Part shown: positions 20,181-29,121 of the stretch, one piece after another
How the letters are laid out: every line of letters begins with the position of its first letter
How positions within the stretch are numbered: position 1 is the stretch's first letter
Source: an uncultured Peptoclostridium sp.
GTDB taxonomy: Bacteria > Bacillota > Clostridia > Peptostreptococcales > Peptostreptococcaceae
Assembly (NCBI GenBank): GCA_965368085.1
Contig: CBDULP010000004.1
Location: forward strand, 25,401 to 89,400
Direction of reading: 5' to 3'
DNA: 64,000 nt
Notes under the pieces: generated by a model
What the model saw: the letters and a program-made list of their open reading frames with translations, nothing else
Databases searched by the model: none
What the model was told of the DNA's origin: nothing
Translations under genes and position numbers: made by a program

Positions 20181-21230
20181 CTATCTGCCAACTATCCTGG
20201 CGGCATCCATAACCGCCTTTATGTTCTCAGGAGGAGTTCCTATTGGAATCTGGCATCCTGTGCTGAGTATGAAGCCTTCAGGGCTGTCATTGCCCTTTTC
20301 TATGCACTCCCTGGCTTCCTGGTATATGTCTTGTATGCTTCCATACTTGACAGTCTCCACAGGCTTTATGTTTCCCATTATCACAACCCTGTCACCAACT
20401 GCATTCTTCGCTTCCTCAATATCCTCTATATTGTCTATGCTAAGAACCGATATGCCGCAATCGACCATTGACTCCCATATTCCCTTGCTCTTTCCGCATA
20501 TGTGAAGTCCTCCGCCGCTTCCCCTCCACTTCGCTATCCTGTCCATGCATCTTTTCATGTACGGCTTAACGAATTCTTCAAACTGCTTGATACTTATCAT
20601 GCTCTGCGATGACACGGGGTCCGAAAACCCCACTCCAAATCCCATTTTGCATGCCTCATCTATGAATCTCAAATTGCTCTCCGTTATTATGTCTAAAAGG
20701 TAGTGAAGCTCTTTTGGGTTCTTGCGAAGGTCTTTTAGCAGATTCTCAGTACCTCTTACAGCCGCAGCAACGCTGAATGGCCCGGCTATGTCCGTTGAAA
20801 CCTCAACCTCATGCCCTATCTCCTTGTCTATCATATCAAGCGCATCCAGTATTATAGGAAGTCTCCCGTCCTTTCTTGGATCCGCAGGCTTTATCTTTCC
20901 AAGGTCTTCATAGCTTTTTAAAACAGGATTTTTGACATATGATATGCTCTTTTCAGGATATACAAGTTCAGTTCCCATGGCCTCTGCAACGCCTCTAAGC
21001 CCTGTTCCTATTCCAGCTCCATCAGCCCTGAACATCTTGAATACTTCCACCTCTACCTTCATCATAAGCTCAGAGGAATGGTTGTGCTGTGCGGGATATA
21101 TTCCAAATATTGGCGCGCACGTCTCCCCCATTATGGGACAACACGGAACCCGGTCTATCTCGTCGCCCCTTGCAAAAGCCTCCATTCTCTCCCTTGGTGT
21201 CATTTCATCCGGCTTCACAAAATATTCCAA
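20181..21230 (-). CDS. Uroporphyrinogen-decarboxylase-family methyltransferase (MtaA/MtbA-like, methylcobamide-type)
   Basis: URO-D-fold-like sequence with a HICGKS zinc-ligand motif and a later C-terminal Cys (LSTGCQIP), as in MtaA-type enzymes. Confidence 0.75.
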   Translation of the reverse strand: MEYFVKPDEMTPRERMEAFARGDEIDRVPCCPIMGETCAPIFGIYPAQHNHSSELMMKVEVEVFKMFRADGAGIGTGLRGVAEAMGTELVYPEKSISYVKNPVLKSYEDLGKIKPADPRKDGRLPIILDALDMIDKEIGHEVEVSTDIAGPFSVAAAVRGTENLLKDLRKNPKELHYLLDIITESNLRFIDEACKMGFGVGFSDPVSSQSMISIKQFEEFVKPYMKRCMDRIAKWRGSGGGLHICGKSKGIWESMVDCGISVLSIDNIEDIEEAKNAVGDRVVIMGNIKPVETVKYGSIQDIYQEARECIEKGNDSPEGFILSTGCQIPIGTPPENIKAVMDAARIVGR

Positions 21231-21248
21231 TACATTCCCTCCCTGCTG

Positions 21249-22109
21249 TTATTTAAGTCCAAGCACAAACATTGTAGGGTTTTCATATATCCTGCCCGAA
21301 GTCTTTATGCATCTGTGGCCTATGAAAATCGCCTCATTCTCATTGAACATGTCGCAAATGGCTCTTCCATAGCTTTTATCCTTTTGGTACTCCACTTTTT
21401 CAATTTCGGCGGCGCCTCTCGACTCAAGAGCTGTGGATGTTTTACCGCATATGTGCACAACCACACCCTTTATTTCACGCTTTATCCGTCCGAGGACATT
21501 CGCTATCACGGGCTCGCATATGCTCTTGTAAAGCTTCGGCCCTACAATCTTTATGTCGCCACTCGGGTCTGCAAAAGATATTATCTCGGCGCCTCTTTTA
21601 GCTCCCTCTCTTATATATTCGAATATGTTATTGCTCATTGTCTCTACGAAATAACTGCAGGCATTTTCATCTTTCCTGAGTGCCTTGTAAAATGCGGAAG
21701 AATCCATAAGCTGCATTGCTATTGTTATAGGACCTTCCACATTAAGAGCCACCGTTTCTCCCATATCCGAAAGTTTTTCAACGGCATGAAGCACTGTGCT
21801 CATCCTTCCCACTGAAAAGTCATGCTTTCCTATCTTGTATATGTCCTTGGCATCATCTATAAAGTATTCCTTCGACCTCGGGCCAAGATTTTCATCTCCA
21901 AGATTTATCTCAGCTCCAAGGCTCTCCGCCTCGACAGTCACACAAAATGGAACACTCGCAAAGCAATCACCCTTGCTCTCCTTTACAAGGAGCGAATAAC
22001 TCACCATCTGATCCAAGTCAGTGTGAATATTTGGAAATGATATTCCATTTTCAATAAATTTTTGGCTATCTATGACTTCAAACTTGTCAGCCTTGCATTC
22101 AAAACTCAT
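21249..22109 (-). CDS. Short URO-D-family (MtaA-like) protein
   Basis: 286 aa, collinear with the central and C-terminal part of the neighbouring paralogues. It retains HICGKT and a later Cys (IGHRCIKT). Confidence 0.6.
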   Translation of the reverse strand: MSFECKADKFEVIDSQKFIENGISFPNIHTDLDQMVSYSLLVKESKGDCFASVPFCVTVEAESLGAEINLGDENLGPRSKEYFIDDAKDIYKIGKHDFSVGRMSTVLHAVEKLSDMGETVALNVEGPITIAMQLMDSSAFYKALRKDENACSYFVETMSNNIFEYIREGAKRGAEIISFADPSGDIKIVGPKLYKSICEPVIANVLGRIKREIKGVVVHICGKTSTALESRGAAEIEKVEYQKDKSYGRAICDMFNENEAIFIGHRCIKTSGRIYENPTMFVLGLK

Positions 22110-22139
22110 AACGTCCTCCCCTGCAGATATATTGTGAAC

Positions 22140-23879
22140 CTAGAATCTGAGCTCCCTTATGAAATAGTCCTGGAACTCCGCCCTTGTCGAAAGCTCAAGT
22201 ACAGAAATGTTTTCGGCCTCGCGCTTCATATCCTCCAAAAGATTCCTGTTTATAAGCGAAAGCCTAGCTCCTTCTATTGACGAGTTGCCAACAAAGTTTA
22301 TATCGCCCTTGAATCCCTTTGGTATAAGTCCCACGGTCTTTATGTTTTCAGGGTCCAGATGGTATCCGAATGCTCCTGCTATAACAGCTTCTCCAACCTC
22401 TTCTATGCCTATTTCAAGCTCTTTTAGAAGCATTGTCACACCTGTTGCTATTGCGCCCTTTGCAAGCTGTATCTGCCTTATGTCGCCTTGTGATATGAAC
22501 ACTTCGTCAGTTATTTTGAACTTCTTGTCGTCAAGCCTTGAAACAAATTTTTCATCCATCCCCTTGGCATTAAACTTTCCGCTTTTCATGACTATATCCT
22601 TTTCCAAAAGCTGGGCTACAATGTCTATAAGACCGCTGCCGCATATTCCCACGGCCTTCGAGTCTCCTATTACCCCTATTTCAAACTTTCCGTTTTCGTC
22701 TATATTAAATGATTCTATAGCTCCGTTTTCCGCCCTCATTCCGCAGGATATGTTCATACCCTCAAGCGCAGGCCCTGCCGCAGTTGACGTTCCCGCCATC
22801 TTTCCCCCGTTTATAGCTACAATCTCACCGTTTGTACCTATGTCTATGAATATGCACGTGTTTTTCTTCTTGTTGAAGCCCGTGGCTATTACTCCAGAAA
22901 CTATATCCGCGCCCACATATCCAGAGGCACTTGGAAGCACAGTTATCACTCCCGCCTTGTTTATATCCACCGCGCATTCGGCAGGAGAAATGTCTATAGC
23001 ATGCAAGAATACCGGCCTGTAAGGAGCCCTAGCTATTGAAACAGGATCCACCCCCAAGAGCAGGTGAAGCATTGTGGTGTTTCCGGCTATTACGACATTA
23101 TATACGTTTTCTACATTGCATATCCCGTCAACAAGTTTTGATATCATGCTGTTAATTTCTTTAACTATACATGCTTCAAGCTGGGGCGCTCCGTTTTCGT
23201 TGTTCATTATATAGGTTATCCTTGAAAGCACGTCTCCGCCGTACTCAGTCTGAGGATTCAGCCCAGAAACCTTTTTAATCACATCACCGGTTTCAAGGTT
23301 AACAAGATATGCAGAAAGCCCGGTAGTCCCTATGTCTATGGAAATTCCCATTATTCCCTGCTTTTCACTGTGGGCGTCTATTATCTCGTTGTCGCACAGC
23401 ACTGCATGGAAGCCGCCAATCCCGCTTCTTTCTATGCAGCCCATTTTTTTGAGAATCCCGGGTCTTGAAGCCCCAAATCCAAGTGAATTGAACTGAGGAG
23501 AAGAAGACAGCTTTTCGCTGCACTCTATGTCAATCCCCCTTATTCTAGAGTCGACAGGGGCATCTATAGCATATCCCCTGTTTATGGTCTTCATTTCAGA
23601 TCCCGCAGGCTTTATATTGAAAAGCTCCACTTCAACGTCGCCCTTCACTTTCGCCTGGCAGGAAAGCCTTACACCTTCCTGTCCCGCTATTATATTTTTC
23701 TCCGCATCGTTTGGAGGATACATATCCCCCCTTGCAATCACCCTGCATTTTCCGCATGTACCTATTCCGTTGCAAGGAGTCTCTATTTTAAGCCCCGCAC
23801 GCCTTATGCAATCCGAAAGCTTTTCACCGTCTTTCGCATCTATTTCAATTTCATATCCCTTAAATGTTATCTTTGCCAT
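22140..23879 (-). CDS. Corrinoid reductive activator (RACo/RamA-like): N-terminal 2Fe-2S ferredoxin plus ASKHA ATPase (DUF4445)
   Basis: MAKITFKGYEIEI ... PCNGIGTCGKCRV ... SCQA is a plant-type [2Fe-2S] motif. The remainder has actin-fold phosphate loops (DIGTTG, DIGTNGE). The ORF track starts at 23903; ATG 23879 (MAKITF) is the more likely start. Confidence 0.8.
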   Translation of the reverse strand: MAKITFKGYEIEIDAKDGEKLSDCIRRAGLKIETPCNGIGTCGKCRVIARGDMYPPNDAEKNIIAGQEGVRLSCQAKVKGDVEVELFNIKPAGSEMKTINRGYAIDAPVDSRIRGIDIECSEKLSSSPQFNSLGFGASRPGILKKMGCIERSGIGGFHAVLCDNEIIDAHSEKQGIMGISIDIGTTGLSAYLVNLETGDVIKKVSGLNPQTEYGGDVLSRITYIMNNENGAPQLEACIVKEINSMISKLVDGICNVENVYNVVIAGNTTMLHLLLGVDPVSIARAPYRPVFLHAIDISPAECAVDINKAGVITVLPSASGYVGADIVSGVIATGFNKKKNTCIFIDIGTNGEIVAINGGKMAGTSTAAGPALEGMNISCGMRAENGAIESFNIDENGKFEIGVIGDSKAVGICGSGLIDIVAQLLEKDIVMKSGKFNAKGMDEKFVSRLDDKKFKITDEVFISQGDIRQIQLAKGAIATGVTMLLKELEIGIEEVGEAVIAGAFGYHLDPENIKTVGLIPKGFKGDINFVGNSSIEGARLSLINRNLLEDMKREAENISVLELSTRAEFQDYFIRELRF

Positions 23880-24915
23880 ATTCCAATACATCCCCTCTGA
23901 CATATGAATAGTTTCCGTTTCTCACATGGCCCGTCATGGCCTTGAGGTTTTCAACAGGAGTTGACATTCCAAGCCCGCAAGCAGGAGCCACTATGTCCAC
24001 GCCCGATTCTATCGATACGGTTGTCGCAGTCACAACCTTTTCAGGAACTCCGTCGTTTAAAAGCTGCGTGCTTACATTTCCCATGAGCCTTGTATGAACA
24101 AGCCTTCTCGCCATTTTCATTCCAACTGCGGAGTCAAAGCTCAAAGCGTCAGCTCCCATTTTGTTCATGCTGTCCACTATGGCCTTTGCCTTTCCGCATA
24201 TGTGCACTATGACCTTCGCCCCTTCCGCATGGATCCTTTCTATTGACTCGGTGTAAAGAGGCACTACGAATCTTTCGAAGTTTTTGCTGCCCAGTATCTC
24301 TCCAGTAGCGGTAGGATCTGAAAAAGTTATGACATCAGCCCCTGCCCTTACCATCTCAACAGCGTATCTTATAGAATACTCATTTACATACTTCAAGAAC
24401 TCAAATGCCTTGTCAGGGTCTCTTCTTAGCATCTTCAAAAAATCAAGAGGATCTACTATAGAAGTCGCCGTGCTAAGCGGCCCTGTTATATTTCCTATTA
24501 CAGGAACCTCGTCATTTTTAAGTTTTTTTATAGCCTCTATTACAACGGGCATCCTGTAGTCTTTCAGCGGATCCACTCTATAGTTTTTCATTATTTCGTC
24601 AACAGAGTCCTCGTTGTACTCCTTCACAAGCGGCTCTACAAGCTTGCCTCCAAAATCAAGCTTTACTCCCACAGGCTCTGCCTCTATTGTCATGCAAAAT
24701 GGGACACCGTAGTTTTCAAAACCCACGTCCTCGTTTATCCTCTTTGCAACCTCGACCATTGCATCTACGCTGCAATTGTGGTTTTCTTCTATATTGTCAA
24801 GTATTCCAGTGACTCCTGCATTCATCATTCCTCCCGGACATATAACCGGAGGCCTGTCAACTTTTTTTCCACTTAAAGCCTTTAAAAGTCTCTCTTTTTG
24901 ATTCAATAAAAACAC
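23860..24915 (-). CDS. Uroporphyrinogen-decarboxylase-family methyltransferase (MtaA-like)
   Basis: KERLLKALSGKKVDRPPV N-terminus typical of URO-D/MtaA, HICGKAK plus APACGLG Cys ligands. A start at TTG 24906, after GAGGTG, is possible instead of GTG 24915. Confidence 0.75.
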   Translation of the reverse strand: MFLLNQKERLLKALSGKKVDRPPVICPGGMMNAGVTGILDNIEENHNCSVDAMVEVAKRINEDVGFENYGVPFCMTIEAEPVGVKLDFGGKLVEPLVKEYNEDSVDEIMKNYRVDPLKDYRMPVVIEAIKKLKNDEVPVIGNITGPLSTATSIVDPLDFLKMLRRDPDKAFEFLKYVNEYSIRYAVEMVRAGADVITFSDPTATGEILGSKNFERFVVPLYTESIERIHAEGAKVIVHICGKAKAIVDSMNKMGADALSFDSAVGMKMARRLVHTRLMGNVSTQLLNDGVPEKVVTATTVSIESGVDIVAPACGLGMSTPVENLKAMTGHVRNGNYSYVRGDVLEYGKDNI

Positions 24916-25087
24916 CTCTATTCATATATTTTTCAAGTATAAAAAAACTTCTCACCACCTAAAAATTTTAAACCAAATACACCGCAGTGTCGAATTAGAA
25001 ATCTCTATAGTATATGCATTTTCTATTCAGTGGCTTTATATTATAATCTCAAATTTCATTTTTTGTATTATATGTTTGCTTTGCAGG

Positions 25088-25116
25088 TTTACAAAAACCT
25101 TTTTTTTGAATATAAT
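25088..25116 (+). promoter_or_regulatory. Sigma-A-type promoter for tRNA-Pro
   Basis: TTTACA (25088-25093), 17-nt spacer, TATAAT (25111-25116), located 23 nt upstream of the tRNA 5' end. Confidence 0.55.
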
Positions 25117-25138
25117 GTTTATGTAAAAACAATATTTT

Positions 25139-25215
<77 letters not shown>

Positions 25216-25264
25216 GAAATTTCAACGGGTACATGGTTTGTGTATGGTGGTGGGTTTGTAAAAA

Positions 25265-25286
25265 TACAGCAACCGTACAGCAACCC
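25265..25286 (+). repeat. Tandem 11-mer pair TACAGCAACCG-TACAGCAACCC; near-identical copy at 47162-47183
   Basis: 21/22 identity between the two copies. Both lie inside the island, 50 nt from attL and 113 nt from attR, in the same orientation. Confidence 0.8.
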
Positions 25287-25292
25287 AAAATT

Positions 25293-25329
25293 AAAAAGAC
25301 ATCCCAATATTAAACTGGGATGTCTTTTT
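25293..25329. terminator. Bidirectional intrinsic terminator (downstream of tRNA-Pro on + and of thsB on -)
   Basis: Stem GACATCCCA / TGGGATGTC, 9-nt loop, flanked by AAAAA and TTTTT. Confidence 0.65.
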
Positions 25330-25416
25330 AATTTTGACTTGCGTATTGTCATACGGTTCTTCCAAACCATCATATCGAATCCTGTAATCAACTAGAAGGT
25401 CACAAAACATATCACA

Positions 25417-25911
25417 CTAGTAATTTTTTCTTATTTCAATTGCCTCTTCTATCCATTCTTCAATATTGTCGCTTATGTATTCGTATACATTTTTACTTCC
25501 TGTATATGGTGGCGAATAAGCTTTTACAATACTCGATAGCTTCTTCCCGTCTCTTTTCATAGTAAAATCACTAAATGGATTCTTTCCTTTATTTGCTTGA
25601 TTTCCTTTTACATCTTTTAGCTTATGGACATATATTCCTAACACACCTTTACCATCATTCCACGCCTTTTCAATCTCATATTTGATCCATTTTCGACCAG
25701 CTGTATTTTCTCCAATCAATACAATTGCGCATGATTTACCATTAAGTTGACCCTCTATCCATTCCTCGATGGCTTTATCAGATTTCGCAACTTCTTCCCA
25801 ATCATTATCTGAAAGAGCTGAATTCCCTTCAACTTTTTTCATGTTTCTTACTTGACTTGCTCTCCAGTTATCTGGTTCATAATGAAAACTGTAAAATACT
25901 CTCCTTGCCAT
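25417..25911 (-). CDS. thsB: Thoeris ThsB, TIR-like (DUF1863) domain protein
   Basis: The MARRVFYSFHYEPDNWRASQVRN N-terminus and overall 164-aa TIR-like layout match the DUF1863/ThsB type. It lies immediately downstream of thsA. Confidence 0.8.
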   Translation of the reverse strand: MARRVFYSFHYEPDNWRASQVRNMKKVEGNSALSDNDWEEVAKSDKAIEEWIEGQLNGKSCAIVLIGENTAGRKWIKYEIEKAWNDGKGVLGIYVHKLKDVKGNQANKGKNPFSDFTMKRDGKKLSSIVKAYSPPYTGSKNVYEYISDNIEEWIEEAIEIRKNY

Positions 25912-25970
25912 ATAACTTACCTCCCTCTCGTATTTTCGTTTAATACTATTTTAATCTTTTTTGCAATTAA

Positions 25971-27401
25971 TCAAATCAGTAGCCTTATAAATACTAATAC
26001 TTCATTAATCAATTCATCTACCGACATCGAGCCCTCATTAAGTTTTCTAAATTGTTCCTTTAATCTTGGATTTGCTTCTGGATAATACTCATCAAAGTTA
26101 TTCCATATTTTTTCCCAAAGTAACTTACTAACATATTTTGTTGCACCAACAGGCACTAATGAATTTCCTTTACTCTTTGCAATTTCAAATTCTTTAACCA
26201 CACCACCAGCATCAACAACCTTTTCATCTTGAAATTTATTGCCAAATATAAAAATACTTATGCCCGTCCTAGATAACATATCTGTTCTATAAGTATGCCA
26301 TAATTTCATAATGTCAGTATTCCCAGAATTATATTGTGGGAATGGTCTTAGAATCAATCTGTCGTCATTCATCTTTCCTTGATTTACAAATATTTCTTCC
26401 AATGCACCATTTATCACATAGCTCCCGACACCAAGACCAAATCCAGATACAATATTGTATCCATTTGAAATAAGTTTCTTGCTAAGTTTGTGAATGAACT
26501 CTTTCGAATCCTTATCCCCCCATTCCTCTTTATATGAATGTGCACTCCCTGAAATAAATACTGTCTTTTTCTTAATCAAATTGTCAATTTTCATAAGAGC
26601 TTCAGTGATTTCATCATAACTTTTAATTAAAATCGTCTGTATATTAAAGCGTTTAAGATCATTGATAAACAACTCTTGCTTTCGCTGACGATATTCAAAT
26701 TCAGCAAGTGCTTCATCTTTCTTTTGTTTAACTTCTTTTAATAAGCAATAATGTCGTCTCTGATTATTAGAGTAATTCACCCTCACGCGGCTTAGAATAT
26801 AATCTAAATTAGGATCAGTAAAACTAAACCCTAAGAAAAGAAAAGTCTTCGATACCAAATCACCACTTAGAGCAGTTATATATGGCTGCATTTTAACATG
26901 ATAAGACTCATAATCATCTTTTAGAATAATAGCTTTATTAGGGTGAGACACATCACCATGCATCTTATAAACTACAGCATTACGACCGCGCTTTGTCAAT
27001 GTCAAATGTTCAGTAGTATACTTCACATCAGCAACTTTTCCTTCGTCCTTTAGAGCTTTCTCAATCATATCATCATAGTTTGTTGTCCAATATGTTGGAA
27101 TATTAAGCCTCGCTAGAATTCTATGGTTTTCAGTCAATCTAGCTTCACTCGAAAACTCATCAAGAATCACCTGATTTATCCTATTACGATTTCCATGATT
27201 TTCATTAGAGTGATATTGTGCTAAAGATACTAAGTCACTTTCCTTATCAATATCCAAACCAATTTCCTCTGCCAACGGCCTAAGCAACTCACTCCAATTT
27301 ACATACCCTGCCGGAATTGACAAACCAGCTCCTGCAAATATTGCTGCATTCTCGTCTAGTATTTCTTTAACATACTCATTAATAAAAATATCCATTCTCA
27401 C
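25971..27401 (-). CDS. thsA: Thoeris ThsA, SIR2 NADase domain plus C-terminal SLOG domain
   Basis: 476 aa. It has long blocks that I recall from Bacillus cereus ThsA: ENAAIFAGAGLS, TYWTTNYD, VVYKMHGDV, ALSGDLVSKTFLFLGFSFTDPNLDYILSRVR, NIVSGFGLGVGSYVINGALEE, DDRLILRPFPQ. The start may be ATG 27395 rather than GTG 27401. Confidence 0.88.
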   Translation of the reverse strand: MRMDIFINEYVKEILDENAAIFAGAGLSIPAGYVNWSELLRPLAEEIGLDIDKESDLVSLAQYHSNENHGNRNRINQVILDEFSSEARLTENHRILARLNIPTYWTTNYDDMIEKALKDEGKVADVKYTTEHLTLTKRGRNAVVYKMHGDVSHPNKAIILKDDYESYHVKMQPYITALSGDLVSKTFLFLGFSFTDPNLDYILSRVRVNYSNNQRRHYCLLKEVKQKKDEALAEFEYRQRKQELFINDLKRFNIQTILIKSYDEITEALMKIDNLIKKKTVFISGSAHSYKEEWGDKDSKEFIHKLSKKLISNGYNIVSGFGLGVGSYVINGALEEIFVNQGKMNDDRLILRPFPQYNSGNTDIMKLWHTYRTDMLSRTGISIFIFGNKFQDEKVVDAGGVVKEFEIAKSKGNSLVPVGATKYVSKLLWEKIWNNFDEYYPEANPRLKEQFRKLNEGSMSVDELINEVLVFIRLLI

Positions 27402-27665
27402 TACCTTATCCCCTCCAAATTAAGAATTTTCAATAATTGATACGCTGTTTATATATGCCGCTCTTTCGATCCATTAATTGATCTGTATTCTACTACAGCA
27501 CCGCTGGAGAAAGCAAATTGAATGGGATATCCTCTGTACTCATCAAGACTTTTACTATAGATGTTTTTTGAATAATTCTTTCGATTTCAATTCGCACCAC
27601 TACTTATATATACAGCCCTACTTGTAAAAACAACGGGCTGGACGGTACTGATATATTATTTGTCC

Positions 27666-29108
27666 TTACAACTTTAAATAGTTATTTGTACTCATATGAT
27701 CATCAAATTCTTCAAACTTAACGAGTTTCAATTCTTCACCCCAAAAATCAGCAAACTCGCTAAATGCTAATATACATTTATTATGATCATTTTCTTTAAT
27801 TCCCTTTTCAATAATTGAAAATAATTTAGAAAATTTATCTTTATTTAGATTTAATCTGTTTTCTATATTTTGTTCAAATTCTTTTCTTTGGACTCTCATA
27901 ACTTCACATGCTGCTTCACAAAGAGCAATCACTTTCTGCGCTTCTTTTTCCTTTAGCTCCGCATATTTGAAAATTTCTATACAATTCTGATATACATTTG
28001 ATGCCGCCATATAACCTGCTATACTTCCAATAACCGCTCCACCTGGTCCAAAAACAAGCCCTGCAGTTGCTCCTGAATAAACACTAAGCATCGAACTAAA
28101 ACCCTTTTGTCCCATCTCCTCCATTGCCTTTTCTGCCATTATCTCTCCTTTAGCATATTTTAAAACTGTTACTCCCATATCAATGATACCTGCCGCGACT
28201 GTTGTAGACGTATTTGCTTTTGCTAAAGAATCAACACCTGTTTTTTTTGCAACTGCACGGATTCCTGATCCAAGGCCTCCGACCGCACCGCTTTTTACTC
28301 CTGCCTTTGTTGTATCTTGAGCGACATTCTCTATTGCTTCTTGCACTGACATATCCGTTCGGCAGACCTCTACAGAATTTTTTACTATTGATATAGCTCC
28401 TCCAATTACTGCACCTGCCGCTGCCGATTGCTTTACAGACACCCCAAGCTCTTCCTTAATCTGTTTTATTTCAAATGAATTAGAATATGCATCTGTATCT
28501 TTCGTTGCTGATAATGCCTCATCACTAGACGTTCCTCCAGAAGAAATATTCTTATATTTCAATTCAGGAGTCACATTTTCAGCTGTGTCTATATATTCAG
28601 TAGCTTTCAATGTCCCTGTTTCTGCTCTTTTTATCGCGAGTTCTCTAACTCTATCTGCCTTGTCAGAATTTACAAGTTTCTGCATCCCATTATATTTTTC
28701 TTCACTTATCATAAATGTAGCTCTTGATGCACTATTGCTTGATTTCGCCTGTACTTCCTGTAACACCTTTTCTCCATCTCTTATCAATATATCTGGAGCA
28801 GCATGTGGAGAACCCAACTCTGCCGTTGTAACAGCTCTCACACTAGACTCCTTTACTGCCGCATCTACATTGAATTTTGTCTTTTCAATAATTTCAAATA
28901 AATTTCCTTGTTTTATTCCATCCGAAACGTTAAGTAACCTTTCCGCCTCTTTTCGCAAAAGACCCATACCCTCAATTGCTTCATCACTTGCCTGAGAATA
29001 GTTTTTCGATAAATAATTACCTACTTGGCCTCCTGCAAAACCCTCTATTCCACATTTATTCTTTGAAGAATTATTTTTCTTCTTTTTCTTAAAAAGCCCC
29101 CCAAACAT
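27666..29108 (-). CDS. Hypothetical protein: Mrr-like PD-(D/E)xK-type N-terminal region plus glycine-zipper segments and C-terminal coiled coil (gene 4 of candidate system)
   Basis: Start moved to ATG 29108 (MFGGLFKKKKK), preceded by GGGAGAG and lying 13 nt after the upstream stop. Pattern GNLFEIIEKTKF ... HAAPDILIRDGEKVLQEVQAKS resembles the Mrr_cat core (E ... D ... QxK). Gly/Ala zippers are AAAGAVIGGAISIV, GAVGGLGSGI and GATAGLVFGPGGAVIGSIAGYMAA. The gene call is solid; the function is uncertain. Confidence 0.5.
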   Translation of the reverse strand: MFGGLFKKKKKNNSSKNKCGIEGFAGGQVGNYLSKNYSQASDEAIEGMGLLRKEAERLLNVSDGIKQGNLFEIIEKTKFNVDAAVKESSVRAVTTAELGSPHAAPDILIRDGEKVLQEVQAKSSNSASRATFMISEEKYNGMQKLVNSDKADRVRELAIKRAETGTLKATEYIDTAENVTPELKYKNISSGGTSSDEALSATKDTDAYSNSFEIKQIKEELGVSVKQSAAAGAVIGGAISIVKNSVEVCRTDMSVQEAIENVAQDTTKAGVKSGAVGGLGSGIRAVAKKTGVDSLAKANTSTTVAAGIIDMGVTVLKYAKGEIMAEKAMEEMGQKGFSSMLSVYSGATAGLVFGPGGAVIGSIAGYMAASNVYQNCIEIFKYAELKEKEAQKVIALCEAACEVMRVQRKEFEQNIENRLNLNKDKFSKLFSIIEKGIKENDHNKCILAFSEFADFWGEELKLVKFEEFDDHMSTNNYLKL

Positions 29109-29121
29109 ACTTATCTCTCCC

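Noticed and set aside
20110-23907. Several long + strand ORFs (20110-20505, 20932-21372, 21078-21815, 22207-23022, 23527-23907).
   Set aside because: All lie antisense to the MtaA-like and RACo genes, which have clear family motifs. Their compositions are Ser/Pro/Ile-rich and typical of shadow ORFs.
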